DNA of 64,000 nucleotides from the NCBI GenBank assembly GCA_965261395.1, contig OZ253462.1, positions 384,001 through 448,000 of the forward strand. The letters run 5' to 3'. The notes below the pieces were generated by a model. It saw nothing but the letters and a program-made list of their open reading frames with translations. It did not search any database and was not told the DNA's origin. This DNA comes from Candidatus Latescibacterota bacterium. GTDB lineage: Bacteria > Latescibacterota > UBA2968 > UBA8231. Position 1 is the stretch's first letter. Each line of letters starts with the position of its first letter. Position numbers and translations under genes: made by a program. Positions 9,545 through 17,779 of the stretch are shown here, piece by piece.

Positions 9545-11101
9545 GTGCATTTGTACCTAAAAAACGGGCGATCAATAGCCCGCTTTCACCTGCCCTTACA
9601 AAAGGCCTTGGCTTGGCTCACGGCCACCTTTTGTCTCCTCCTCTGTGCCTGTGGCCCCAAGGAGCGCGACCCCTTGGTCAACGCCGGGATGTACGCCTTG
9701 GCTCAGGAGCGCTACAGCGAAGCCATCGTCGCCTTTCACAAGGCGCTGGCCTCACACCCCGACGATCACGAGGTTCACCACTACCTCGCCCGCTCTTATT
9801 TAGCACTGGGCAAATTTCCCCAAGCTCTGCGCGCGATCGAACACGCGATTGAACTAGCCCCGCAAAAAAACCAGACGCGCGCCGAATTGTACGAAATCCT
9901 CGGCATCATCCACACGGCCCGATACACCTCCAGAGCGTATAGCCAAGACCATTACCGCGATGTCGAAGCAGCGCGAGCCGCCTTTGAGCAATCGACCGCG
10001 CTCGATCCCCACCGAGCAACGGCGTACTACAACCTGGGCTTATTGCACGGCTATCGCAAAGAAGTAGATCAGGCCCAAGCAGCGTACACTGCGGCCTTGG
10101 AGGCGGATTCCACCTTGGCGCCGGCCTACAAGAAATTGGGCAAAATCCACCGCGAAAAGGGGTTTCCGCCCGAGGCGGCTGGGGCCTTCAAAAAAGCGGT
10201 GCGCTTCGACCCGCAGGACGCCGAAGCGCACTTTCTCTTGGGACTAGCTCATCGCGATATGGGCGACAATGAGGCGGCTTTGCAGGCACTACTCAAGGCC
10301 ACCGAGCTCAACCCCGACTCGCCCAAGCTCCGCCTCAACCTCGGCAATATCTATCTCCGCCTAGGTCGCCGCGAAGAGGGCAAGCGGGAAATGGCGCGTT
10401 CCGAAAGCCTGCGCCAGCAGCATCGGGGCCTGCACTCCGAAATCTCCCCGCCGACGCACAAATCGCTCCCCATCGGCTCGGCGCGGGATCGCTACAATAT
10501 GGGTTTGAAGCACCAGATGGTCGGCGAAACCGACCAAGCGCTGTTAGAGTTTCGTCGCGCAGTCGAAATCAAACCCGATCACAAAGACGCCCATATCGGC
10601 CTCGGCCTCCTCCTCGCCGAACAAGGCCGGCACAAACTGGCGGCCCGATATTTCCAGCGGGCTATTGAGCTAGATCCAGAAAATCCCGTTCTCTACGTGC
10701 ATCTAGGCAATGCTCTCCATCAATCGGGATTACTCGAAAGGGCGGCCCAAACCTTGGCCAAGGCGAGCCAACTCGACACCGCCCTCGTCGAGCCTCCCTA
10801 TTCGCTCGGTTTGATCGCCGCCCAGAAGCGCCAGTTCAAAGAAGCTACGCGATTTTTCGCCCAAGCCACGGCCCTCGCCCCCCAATACGCCAAGGCCCAC
10901 TTCAACCTAGGGGTAGCCCATGCTCAGCTCGGAGACTTTGCTGCGGCCCGCACCGCCTACCAACGCTTTGTCGAGTTGGAGCCCGGAGATGGGCGCGGGC
11001 ACCTCTACTTGGGCGATGCCTGCGAAGCACTCGGTCTGCTCGCAGAGAGTCAAAAGCATCGAGCGCGTGGTCAGCAGCTTTTAGAACCGGACGAACGCTA
11101 G
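9545..11101 (+). CDS. Tetratricopeptide-repeat protein, probable lipoprotein
   Basis: Many TPR units (AYYNLG, AHFLLG, AHIGLG, AHFNLG); lipobox-like LLLCACG. Confidence 0.9.
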   Translation: MHLYLKNGRSIARFHLPLQKALAWLTATFCLLLCACGPKERDPLVNAGMYALAQERYSEAIVAFHKALASHPDDHEVHHYLARSYLALGKFPQALRAIEHAIELAPQKNQTRAELYEILGIIHTARYTSRAYSQDHYRDVEAARAAFEQSTALDPHRATAYYNLGLLHGYRKEVDQAQAAYTAALEADSTLAPAYKKLGKIHREKGFPPEAAGAFKKAVRFDPQDAEAHFLLGLAHRDMGDNEAALQALLKATELNPDSPKLRLNLGNIYLRLGRREEGKREMARSESLRQQHRGLHSEISPPTHKSLPIGSARDRYNMGLKHQMVGETDQALLEFRRAVEIKPDHKDAHIGLGLLLAEQGRHKLAARYFQRAIELDPENPVLYVHLGNALHQSGLLERAAQTLAKASQLDTALVEPPYSLGLIAAQKRQFKEATRFFAQATALAPQYAKAHFNLGVAHAQLGDFAAARTAYQRFVELEPGDGRGHLYLGDACEALGLLAESQKHRARGQQLLEPDER

Positions 11102-13695
11102 TAGGCCACGGCCAGGGTGCGGACTAATTCCTCTTGGCGCAATTCAGCTCCCGACGTATTGGCATCCAGTCGCAAATGCATTACGTACACCCCCGGCGGC
11201 ACGAGCGTTCCCTTTTCGTTCCTTCCGTCCCACCTCATTTCGTACATTCCCGAGGCAAAATCCCGCTGCTCGGCTAGCTGGCGCACCAAGCGGCCCTGCA
11301 AATCGTAGATAGTCGCCTCAACCCGCTGACTGCCCTCCACCAGCACCACTGAAAAGCGCAACGCCACCTCGTCGTTGACCCCATCCCCATTCGGCGTCAA
11401 TACCGCTGGCTCGACCACTAAATCCGCAAAAATCGAGCGACGCTGCGGCTGCCCCACCACCAAGAGCCGATTGCTATCGACAGTCCCCACAGCATCCCCT
11501 GGATCGACGCGCTGCCAGATCCCCTCCCCATCTTCTCCTCGTCGTAGCTGCACTTTTAGAGGTCCACCGCGGGAAAACAGACGCCCCGCAAAGTCTATCC
11601 GCAGCACGGCCACCTCACTCCCCGGCTCCATCGGGGCAAAGGACACATGCACCCGGTCCGCCGCTGCGGCCAACACCTCCGCCGCCAATGGTGAAAAATC
11701 CTCCCCGTCCGCACTCCCCAACAACCCTTCGTACGTCAGCTCCATGCCCGCCGGTGCTTCCAACAACAACTCGTTGAACCCCCTATCTCCTGCGCCAAAC
11801 TCGGGTCGCACATACACCGAAAAAGGGGCCTCGACCCCCAACCGATCCACCTGATTGGGCACCGCCTCCCCCAAGAGCCGCCGCGCCACCGGCTCGGCGA
11901 AGTGCAGCCGCAGCCCTGACAACCTCGCCGCCACATCCGGTACGGCCGAACGCAACGTCGCCCGCACCTTGAGAAACTCCCGCGGCGACGGCGAAGTGAT
12001 GGGACTACCTTCCGGCTCGTCGTAGGGCACACTCCACGGCTCCCAGTCTGCGCCAGCGACTTCCACGGACACAGTCTCGCCGCGAAAAATGCTCAATAGT
12101 TTGTTGTAGGCCGCTTCGGAGATTTCGGTCCCATCCTTTTTGAAGTAGTGCACGATCTCGCCCAAGGTGTCGCCGGTGCGAGTCTGAAGCTGCACCTCGG
12201 TGCCGGGAGGAGTGTGAGCGTCCCACTCGAGGGAGACCAAGTTGCGGCTACCCCCCAACCGGATCAGGTCCGACTCGAGCTGCACCTCTGGCAAAAACCC
12301 CTCGCCAAAAAGTTGTATCTCGCTCAACCTGGTAGCGCTCCGGTTGGGCCGGCGCACGTGTTCTACTTCAAACACCAAGCGAAAAAAGCGCCCCTTTATC
12401 GGGTCGAAGTCATTGCCATCGACGGTGAGGCCCCCCGCGACGCTCCGCTTTACTTGCTCGCGCCGCACGGCAGTGTCCCACTTGAGTCCCCCGTCCACCT
12501 CCCGCGAACCGTCCGAAAATTCCAACCGATGGTTCCCAAGGGCGTACTCTACGAAACTCATCCTGTGGCTATGGACCCAGAAGAACGAGCCCAAGTCAAT
12601 GAACAACTCGTCCTCTAACCGATTCTCGATGTTGAATAGGGGCAACCCCTCTACGCTGGTCACATCACCGTCGATCATCAATTGAGGATTGATACTGCCG
12701 GGCACCGTAGTAGAAATGGAGCCATTGCGCCGCAAGGCCCCACTGGCCAAATCGTCGCCTTGGGTCCAGACTTCGAGTTCGGCCAACCGGGGCCGCTCGC
12801 GCCGAAAGTAGCGTATCGCCCCCCGCCGCTGAGGATCGAGGGCCTCGTACACTGCCTGTTTGACCACGATCTCCCGCCCGTCGACTTGGCGCTTGCTATA
12901 TTCGATAATTCCTCGGTCTTCAGAAGGTAGCTGATCGTATTCCTCTGGGGAGACTTCTCGGCCGCGGCCAAAATCGCTGGCCTGCACCACCACTTGGACA
13001 AAGCGTCCCACAGCCCGGCGCTGGTCGAGCCCCACAGGGTCGAGTTCGACCTCAAAGGTTCGCTGGCTTTTGTTGGGTTTTAGCGTCTGTAGCACTGGAA
13101 AGAACTCGATGCTTGACCCGCCGATTGCCTGTACTGGCTTCTGCCCGTCCGACACCAGTACATCAAATAAAAGAAAGGGATCGCCCATTCCCTCCTCGAC
13201 GAATCTCAGCGCGATTTTGTTGATGAAGACAACGCGGCCCAAATCCACGGTAAACCACCACTGAGACGACAGCTCTACATTCTCAGCGACCGGATCAGGT
13301 TCCCAGTACGTGGTCATATCGCCATCTAGGGCGGCGACGACCCCTGCGCGGTTGGAGCCACCCTGAATGGCGTCGAGGAGGACGATGGCTTCAGGCTCTT
13401 TCTTGGAGAGGTAATCTGGCGGGTTATAGCGCAGAAAATCGACGATGTCCAGCGCGGCGTTGGTGTTTTTGCGGACGCGATTGGGCTGCACCTCTCCGAG
13501 GGGGGAAATCTGGATAGTACCGGGCGCAAATTTCCAGTGGTCCCAGTGGTCAGGTCCGACGACGACTTGGTTCGCACTGCGGTCGATCCGATGACCTGCT
13601 TGAGCCAGCAAATTCTCGGCCCCATTCGACCACAGCACTGCGCTGACCACCACAAATCGCGAGAAGAGTTTCGTGCGGATATTCATCGGGGGCAC
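11098..13695 (-). CDS. Secreted protein with discoidin-like regions and C-terminal FlgD-Ig/T9SS type B-like domain (subtype B)
   Basis: Signal peptide; ALDGDMTTYW...WFTVDLG; QTRTG...WEPWS...SPSPREF; VLTPNGDGVND...IYDLQGR...WDGRN...VPPGVY...LAVAY. Confidence 0.85.
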   Translation of the reverse strand: MPPMNIRTKLFSRFVVVSAVLWSNGAENLLAQAGHRIDRSANQVVVGPDHWDHWKFAPGTIQISPLGEVQPNRVRKNTNAALDIVDFLRYNPPDYLSKKEPEAIVLLDAIQGGSNRAGVVAALDGDMTTYWEPDPVAENVELSSQWWFTVDLGRVVFINKIALRFVEEGMGDPFLLFDVLVSDGQKPVQAIGGSSIEFFPVLQTLKPNKSQRTFEVELDPVGLDQRRAVGRFVQVVVQASDFGRGREVSPEEYDQLPSEDRGIIEYSKRQVDGREIVVKQAVYEALDPQRRGAIRYFRRERPRLAELEVWTQGDDLASGALRRNGSISTTVPGSINPQLMIDGDVTSVEGLPLFNIENRLEDELFIDLGSFFWVHSHRMSFVEYALGNHRLEFSDGSREVDGGLKWDTAVRREQVKRSVAGGLTVDGNDFDPIKGRFFRLVFEVEHVRRPNRSATRLSEIQLFGEGFLPEVQLESDLIRLGGSRNLVSLEWDAHTPPGTEVQLQTRTGDTLGEIVHYFKKDGTEISEAAYNKLLSIFRGETVSVEVAGADWEPWSVPYDEPEGSPITSPSPREFLKVRATLRSAVPDVAARLSGLRLHFAEPVARRLLGEAVPNQVDRLGVEAPFSVYVRPEFGAGDRGFNELLLEAPAGMELTYEGLLGSADGEDFSPLAAEVLAAAADRVHVSFAPMEPGSEVAVLRIDFAGRLFSRGGPLKVQLRRGEDGEGIWQRVDPGDAVGTVDSNRLLVVGQPQRRSIFADLVVEPAVLTPNGDGVNDEVALRFSVVLVEGSQRVEATIYDLQGRLVRQLAEQRDFASGMYEMRWDGRNEKGTLVPPGVYVMHLRLDANTSGAELRQEELVRTLAVAY

Positions 13696-13830
13696 CTTTC
13701 AAAACCGTGGCAAATCCGAGTTCTAAGGGTCCATATTTGGAAAATCTAACGCCCCTTTGGTCGAGGAACAACATTTGCCTATCCTATGTGGACGCATAGA
13801 GGACTTGGCAAATCTAAAGTAAGGAACGCG

Positions 13831-15198
13831 ATGGGACTGAATTGGCGAGAAATCGACCGCTGGATTTTTGGCGAAGCTTGGACTAGCTCGCGGATCGGCG
13901 AGCACGTGGAGGTGTTGTGCGAGCAGATCGGGCCGCGCTGGGCTTCTTCGGAGGGGGAGCGCCAAGCGGTGGAGTACCTACGGGAGCAATTTGCGCAGGC
14001 GGGACTGGCCGATGCGGCGCTGGAGGAGTTTGCGCTGGATACCTGGGCGTACAAAGGGGCCGAAGCCACGGTGGGGGATATGGAGATTGACCTCTTGCCC
14101 TACAATCGCTGTCCGCCGTGCGATCTCGAAGCACCGATCGTCAATGCAGGATATGGTACGGAGCACGAAATCGACCGGGTGCGCGGCCAGCTCAAAGGAA
14201 GCATCGCGGTGATGCACCTAGCGCTGGAGCCTTTTACCACGCCCTCTCCGCCCAATGTGCGGCTCGCAGCGCTATGCAATGCTGGCGCAGTGGCGGTGGT
14301 GGCGATTGATCCAAAGGACGGGCGGCGGGTGGAGTACCACAACGGCGGAGATTGGCGCGAGCCGGAGACCGCTGAGTTGCCCATTCCGGCGGTGACGACC
14401 TCGCGGGAACACGGGGCCTTGCTGCAGAAGTGGGCCGGCGAGGGCAAGCGGCTCAAGCTATCCGTTGAGAGCCGGTTTTACCAAGCAGCGGCGCACAATG
14501 TGGTCGCCTCGATTCCCGGGGCGCGGTGGCCTGGGGAACGGCTGATATTGGGTGGGCACCACGACACGGTGTACGGCGCACCAGGGGGCAACGACAATGC
14601 CTCGGGGACCATTGCAGTGCTGGAGACGGCGCGGGTATTGGCCGGGCTGAAATCAGCGTTGGGAGTCGAGCCGGGGATAAGCCTGTGCTTTGCGACGTAC
14701 AGCGCCGAGGAGCAGACGTTCCAAGGGTCAATCGAGTACGTGCGGCAACATTGCGTCGCCAAGCCGCGGCTGGCGATCAATCTCGACGAGCTATCGACCG
14801 GGCCGATCAGGGGGGTGGTGCTGGGGTTTGGGCATTTGCGCGACTTGGTGCAGGCCCAGTTCAATGCGATGGGCGACGGGCTAAAGTGCCACGTGATGTC
14901 CCAACTCGACGCGACTTCAGACCACTTTCCCTTTTTGCGTGCGGGCATTGACGCGGCGCATTTGTGGCGCTGGCGCTTTAGCGGCCGACACGCCGATTCC
15001 AACTACCACCACGAGCCAGCCGACACCGCCGACAAGCTCAACGTGCGGGAGTTAAAAGAATACGTCGGGCAGTTAGCGCGACTGTTGTTGCGGCTGTCGC
15101 ACGTAGCACCCGAGGAGTGGCCGGAGAATCCGGTGACCAAGGAGGCGGTAGCAGAAAGGCTGGAAACGGAGCGCGGGACGGTGGTGCGGGTGTTTTAA
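13831..15198 (+). CDS. M28 family metallopeptidase with PA domain
   Basis: GGHHDT, GNDNASG, SAEEQ, NLDE, SDHFPF, YHH motifs. Confidence 0.9.
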   Translation: MGLNWREIDRWIFGEAWTSSRIGEHVEVLCEQIGPRWASSEGERQAVEYLREQFAQAGLADAALEEFALDTWAYKGAEATVGDMEIDLLPYNRCPPCDLEAPIVNAGYGTEHEIDRVRGQLKGSIAVMHLALEPFTTPSPPNVRLAALCNAGAVAVVAIDPKDGRRVEYHNGGDWREPETAELPIPAVTTSREHGALLQKWAGEGKRLKLSVESRFYQAAAHNVVASIPGARWPGERLILGGHHDTVYGAPGGNDNASGTIAVLETARVLAGLKSALGVEPGISLCFATYSAEEQTFQGSIEYVRQHCVAKPRLAINLDELSTGPIRGVVLGFGHLRDLVQAQFNAMGDGLKCHVMSQLDATSDHFPFLRAGIDAAHLWRWRFSGRHADSNYHHEPADTADKLNVRELKEYVGQLARLLLRLSHVAPEEWPENPVTKEAVAERLETERGTVVRVF

Positions 15199-15205
15199 TC
15201 GGGCA

Positions 15206-16039
15206 TCAAGACCAGACGTAGATCTCGTCGTCGTCCGGGGACATGGCAAAGAAGATGGCCAGCACCGCCCGGGGCTGGTCGCCGACGACAGCGGGCACCT
15301 CGTGGATGTTTTCACTAAAGAAAAAGTAGAGGTCGCCGGGTTCGAGTTGGACTTGCACGCGCTCGATACCCTCGCGGGCGACGTAGGCAGCAAATCGCTC
15401 GCGTCCCAGATGCTCTGTTAGCTCGGGGCGAAAGGGGCAGTTGTACAGGTACGGCTCACCGGTGCCGCCTTCTTTGGTGCTGTTCTGGAAGCAGAGGACC
15501 CCAGCAAACTGGTATTTGAAGCGCGAAATCTGGTACTCGAAGGCCTGCGTGCGCTTGGCAACGGAGTCGTAGTGCGGGCCGTGGCCGGTTTCCCGGTGAT
15601 AGACGCGGAAGATGGCCGGGCCGTAGAGGCGACCGTCCGGCTCGCGCGCGGTCTTGACTTCTTTGCCGGGCGCTAGCTGGGCGAGGGCGTCGTACATAGT
15701 GCGGACCGGATCGTCATAGCCGTCGAAGAGGGCCTCAAACAACGCCAGCGTCGCTGCGGAGTGAGTGTGGAATTGGTCGCGCTCGCGGTGATGGTGGCCA
15801 AAACTAGTGCCAATATCGACGCGACGCGCTTGGCCCTCGCCGACCTCGTGGGGATCGTAGAGCAGGCTGCGCTCGTAGAAGCGCCGCATCAGCGCTCGGC
15901 AATGGGCGGGGTTGTAGTGCTGGCGTAGCACGAAGGCCGGGACCTCGCCGCGGGCCAAAGCTAACAGCGGCTCGGGATGCTGGGCGAGGATCTCGGGGAT
16001 GGGGGCTTCGAATGGGGTCCAGGTTTGGGAGGTTGTCAT
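15206..16039 (-). CDS. Putative 2OG-Fe(II) oxygenase-fold protein
   Basis: HxD (PHYD) ... LEPGDLYFF ... HEV ... R motif spacing. Confidence 0.7.
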   Translation of the reverse strand: MTTSQTWTPFEAPIPEILAQHPEPLLALARGEVPAFVLRQHYNPAHCRALMRRFYERSLLYDPHEVGEGQARRVDIGTSFGHHHRERDQFHTHSAATLALFEALFDGYDDPVRTMYDALAQLAPGKEVKTAREPDGRLYGPAIFRVYHRETGHGPHYDSVAKRTQAFEYQISRFKYQFAGVLCFQNSTKEGGTGEPYLYNCPFRPELTEHLGRERFAAYVAREGIERVQVQLEPGDLYFFFSENIHEVPAVVGDQPRAVLAIFFAMSPDDDEIYVWS

Positions 16040-16151
16040 GGCGGGGAATTTAATATGCGTCGCGGGCTGAGTCCACATGGACTATCCGCTTTACATCAAA
16101 TCCAGACTGTGTTAGTGTCCTTTGTCAATCACCCAGCCTAGAGGTGTCACC

Positions 16152-17045
16152 GTGTCCGCAACCGCCGATCTGACCCCGGTCACAGCTTTCGATTCACCGC
16201 ATTTGGATTTTGATTTTCCCGGTCTGAAAATTGGCTGCGCCGAATACGAGGAAGGTCCCACCGGATGCACGGTTTTTGCTTTTGCGGGCGGGGTCGTGAC
16301 CGCGGTCGATATTCGCGGGGGAATGGTCGGTCAGGTCGAGTCGGAGTATCACTTTCACCACGCCCTTTGCTTTGCCGGCGGCTCCTTGCACGGTCTCGAG
16401 GCGGTATCCGGGGTGCGCGCGGCTTTGACTGCTATGGAAAAACCGCAGAGTCCACCGCCGATTCCGCTAGTGGCAGGGGCGATTATTTACGATTGGTTTG
16501 GGCGCGAGAATATGGTCTATCCAGACAAGGTGCTGGGAGCGGCGGCCATGGCAACGGCGGCGGAAGGGCGTTTTTTCTTTGGCCAATGCGGTGCCGGGCG
16601 TTGGGCCGGAGTCGGTCAGGGCGGCGCGTACCGACAGCTCGGCGCAACGAAAATAGCAGTGTTCACGGTGGTCAACGCGCTGGGCGATATCGTCGATCGC
16701 GACCGGAAGGTGCGGACCCGGGACAAACGCCATCCGCTCGAAAAACTGGAGGCACGTCTCGCCGGGCAGGCGATTGCTCCGGCTGATCAGACGGGCAAGC
16801 ACACGACGCTCACGCTCGTCGCGACCAACCAGCAGTGGAGCCAGCGCGAACTCGATCAGATCGGACGGCAGGTCCATTCCTCGATGGCGCGGGCGATCCA
16901 GCCTTTTCACACGATACAGGACGGGGACATCCTGTTTACGGCGACCACGGGCGCGGTCGAGAACGAGGCGTTGCAGAGCACGACTGATTTTGGGCTAGTC
17001 GCTTCCGAGTTGGCGTGGGACGCGGTGTTGAATAGCCTTGGCTAA
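16152..17045 (+). CDS. P1/S58 (DmpA-like) peptidase family protein
   Basis: GPTGCTVF, VDIRGG, AGGSLHGLEA, VVNALGD, TTLTLVATN, HTIQDGDILF; GTG start after AGAGGT. Confidence 0.85.
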   Translation: MSATADLTPVTAFDSPHLDFDFPGLKIGCAEYEEGPTGCTVFAFAGGVVTAVDIRGGMVGQVESEYHFHHALCFAGGSLHGLEAVSGVRAALTAMEKPQSPPPIPLVAGAIIYDWFGRENMVYPDKVLGAAAMATAAEGRFFFGQCGAGRWAGVGQGGAYRQLGATKIAVFTVVNALGDIVDRDRKVRTRDKRHPLEKLEARLAGQAIAPADQTGKHTTLTLVATNQQWSQRELDQIGRQVHSSMARAIQPFHTIQDGDILFTATTGAVENEALQSTTDFGLVASELAWDAVLNSLG

Positions 17046-17136
17046 TAAAGAGATAGGCCAGACTGTGGGTCGCCGCGTCGGACAGCAATGCCACAAATGC
17101 GGTGGGGTGAATATTTGAAGTATAGGGGCTTGTAAC

Positions 17137-17771
17137 GTGGAATATCGAAAATTGGGCACTACGGATATCGAAGTATCAGTAATGGCGCTCGGCTGTTGGC
17201 CTTTCGCCGGTGGTGTCGTCTGGGGTGAGCAGGACGACGAGCAGTCGATTGCGACGGTGCACGCGGCGCTCGACGCGGGGATCAACTTCTTCGACACGGC
17301 CGAGGGCTATGAGGAGGGGCACTCCGAACGCGTGCTCGGACGCGGTCTGGCCGGTCAGCGCCAGCAGGCGGTCATCGCCAGCAAGGTGAGCCCGAATCAC
17401 CTGACCCCGGAAGGGGTCGCGGCCACCTGCGAGCAGAGTTTAGAGAATTTGCAGACGGGCCGCTGGCCAAACACGGCGAGCCTGGCTGTGAAGAGGCCGT
17501 GTTTCACGCCATCGCGGGGATTCGCGATGGCAGCGAACGGGTCGGCGCGCCGCTGGCGAGCGTGGCGCTGGCGTGGGTGCTCAAGCAGCGGGGGGTGACA
17601 TCGCTATTGGTGGGGGCGCGGAATCCGGATGAACTCGCACGCAATCTGCCGGCGCTGGCGCTGGATTTGGACGCGGCGACAATGGCCGAACTGGAGCGGC
17701 TGACCGAGCCGGTCAAAGAGGCGCTCGGGCGAAATCTGGATATGTGGTTTGCGGAGTCGCGGATGCGGTGA
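17137..17771 (+). pseudogene. Aldo/keto reductase with out-of-frame internal deletion
   Basis: N-part LGCW...GINFFDTAEGY...IASK...SLENLQT joins at ~17457 in another frame to C-part HGEPGCEEAVF...VALAWVL...LVGARN; the DYIDLYxxHWP core is missing. Confidence 0.85.
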
Positions 17772-17779
17772 AGCGGGCG

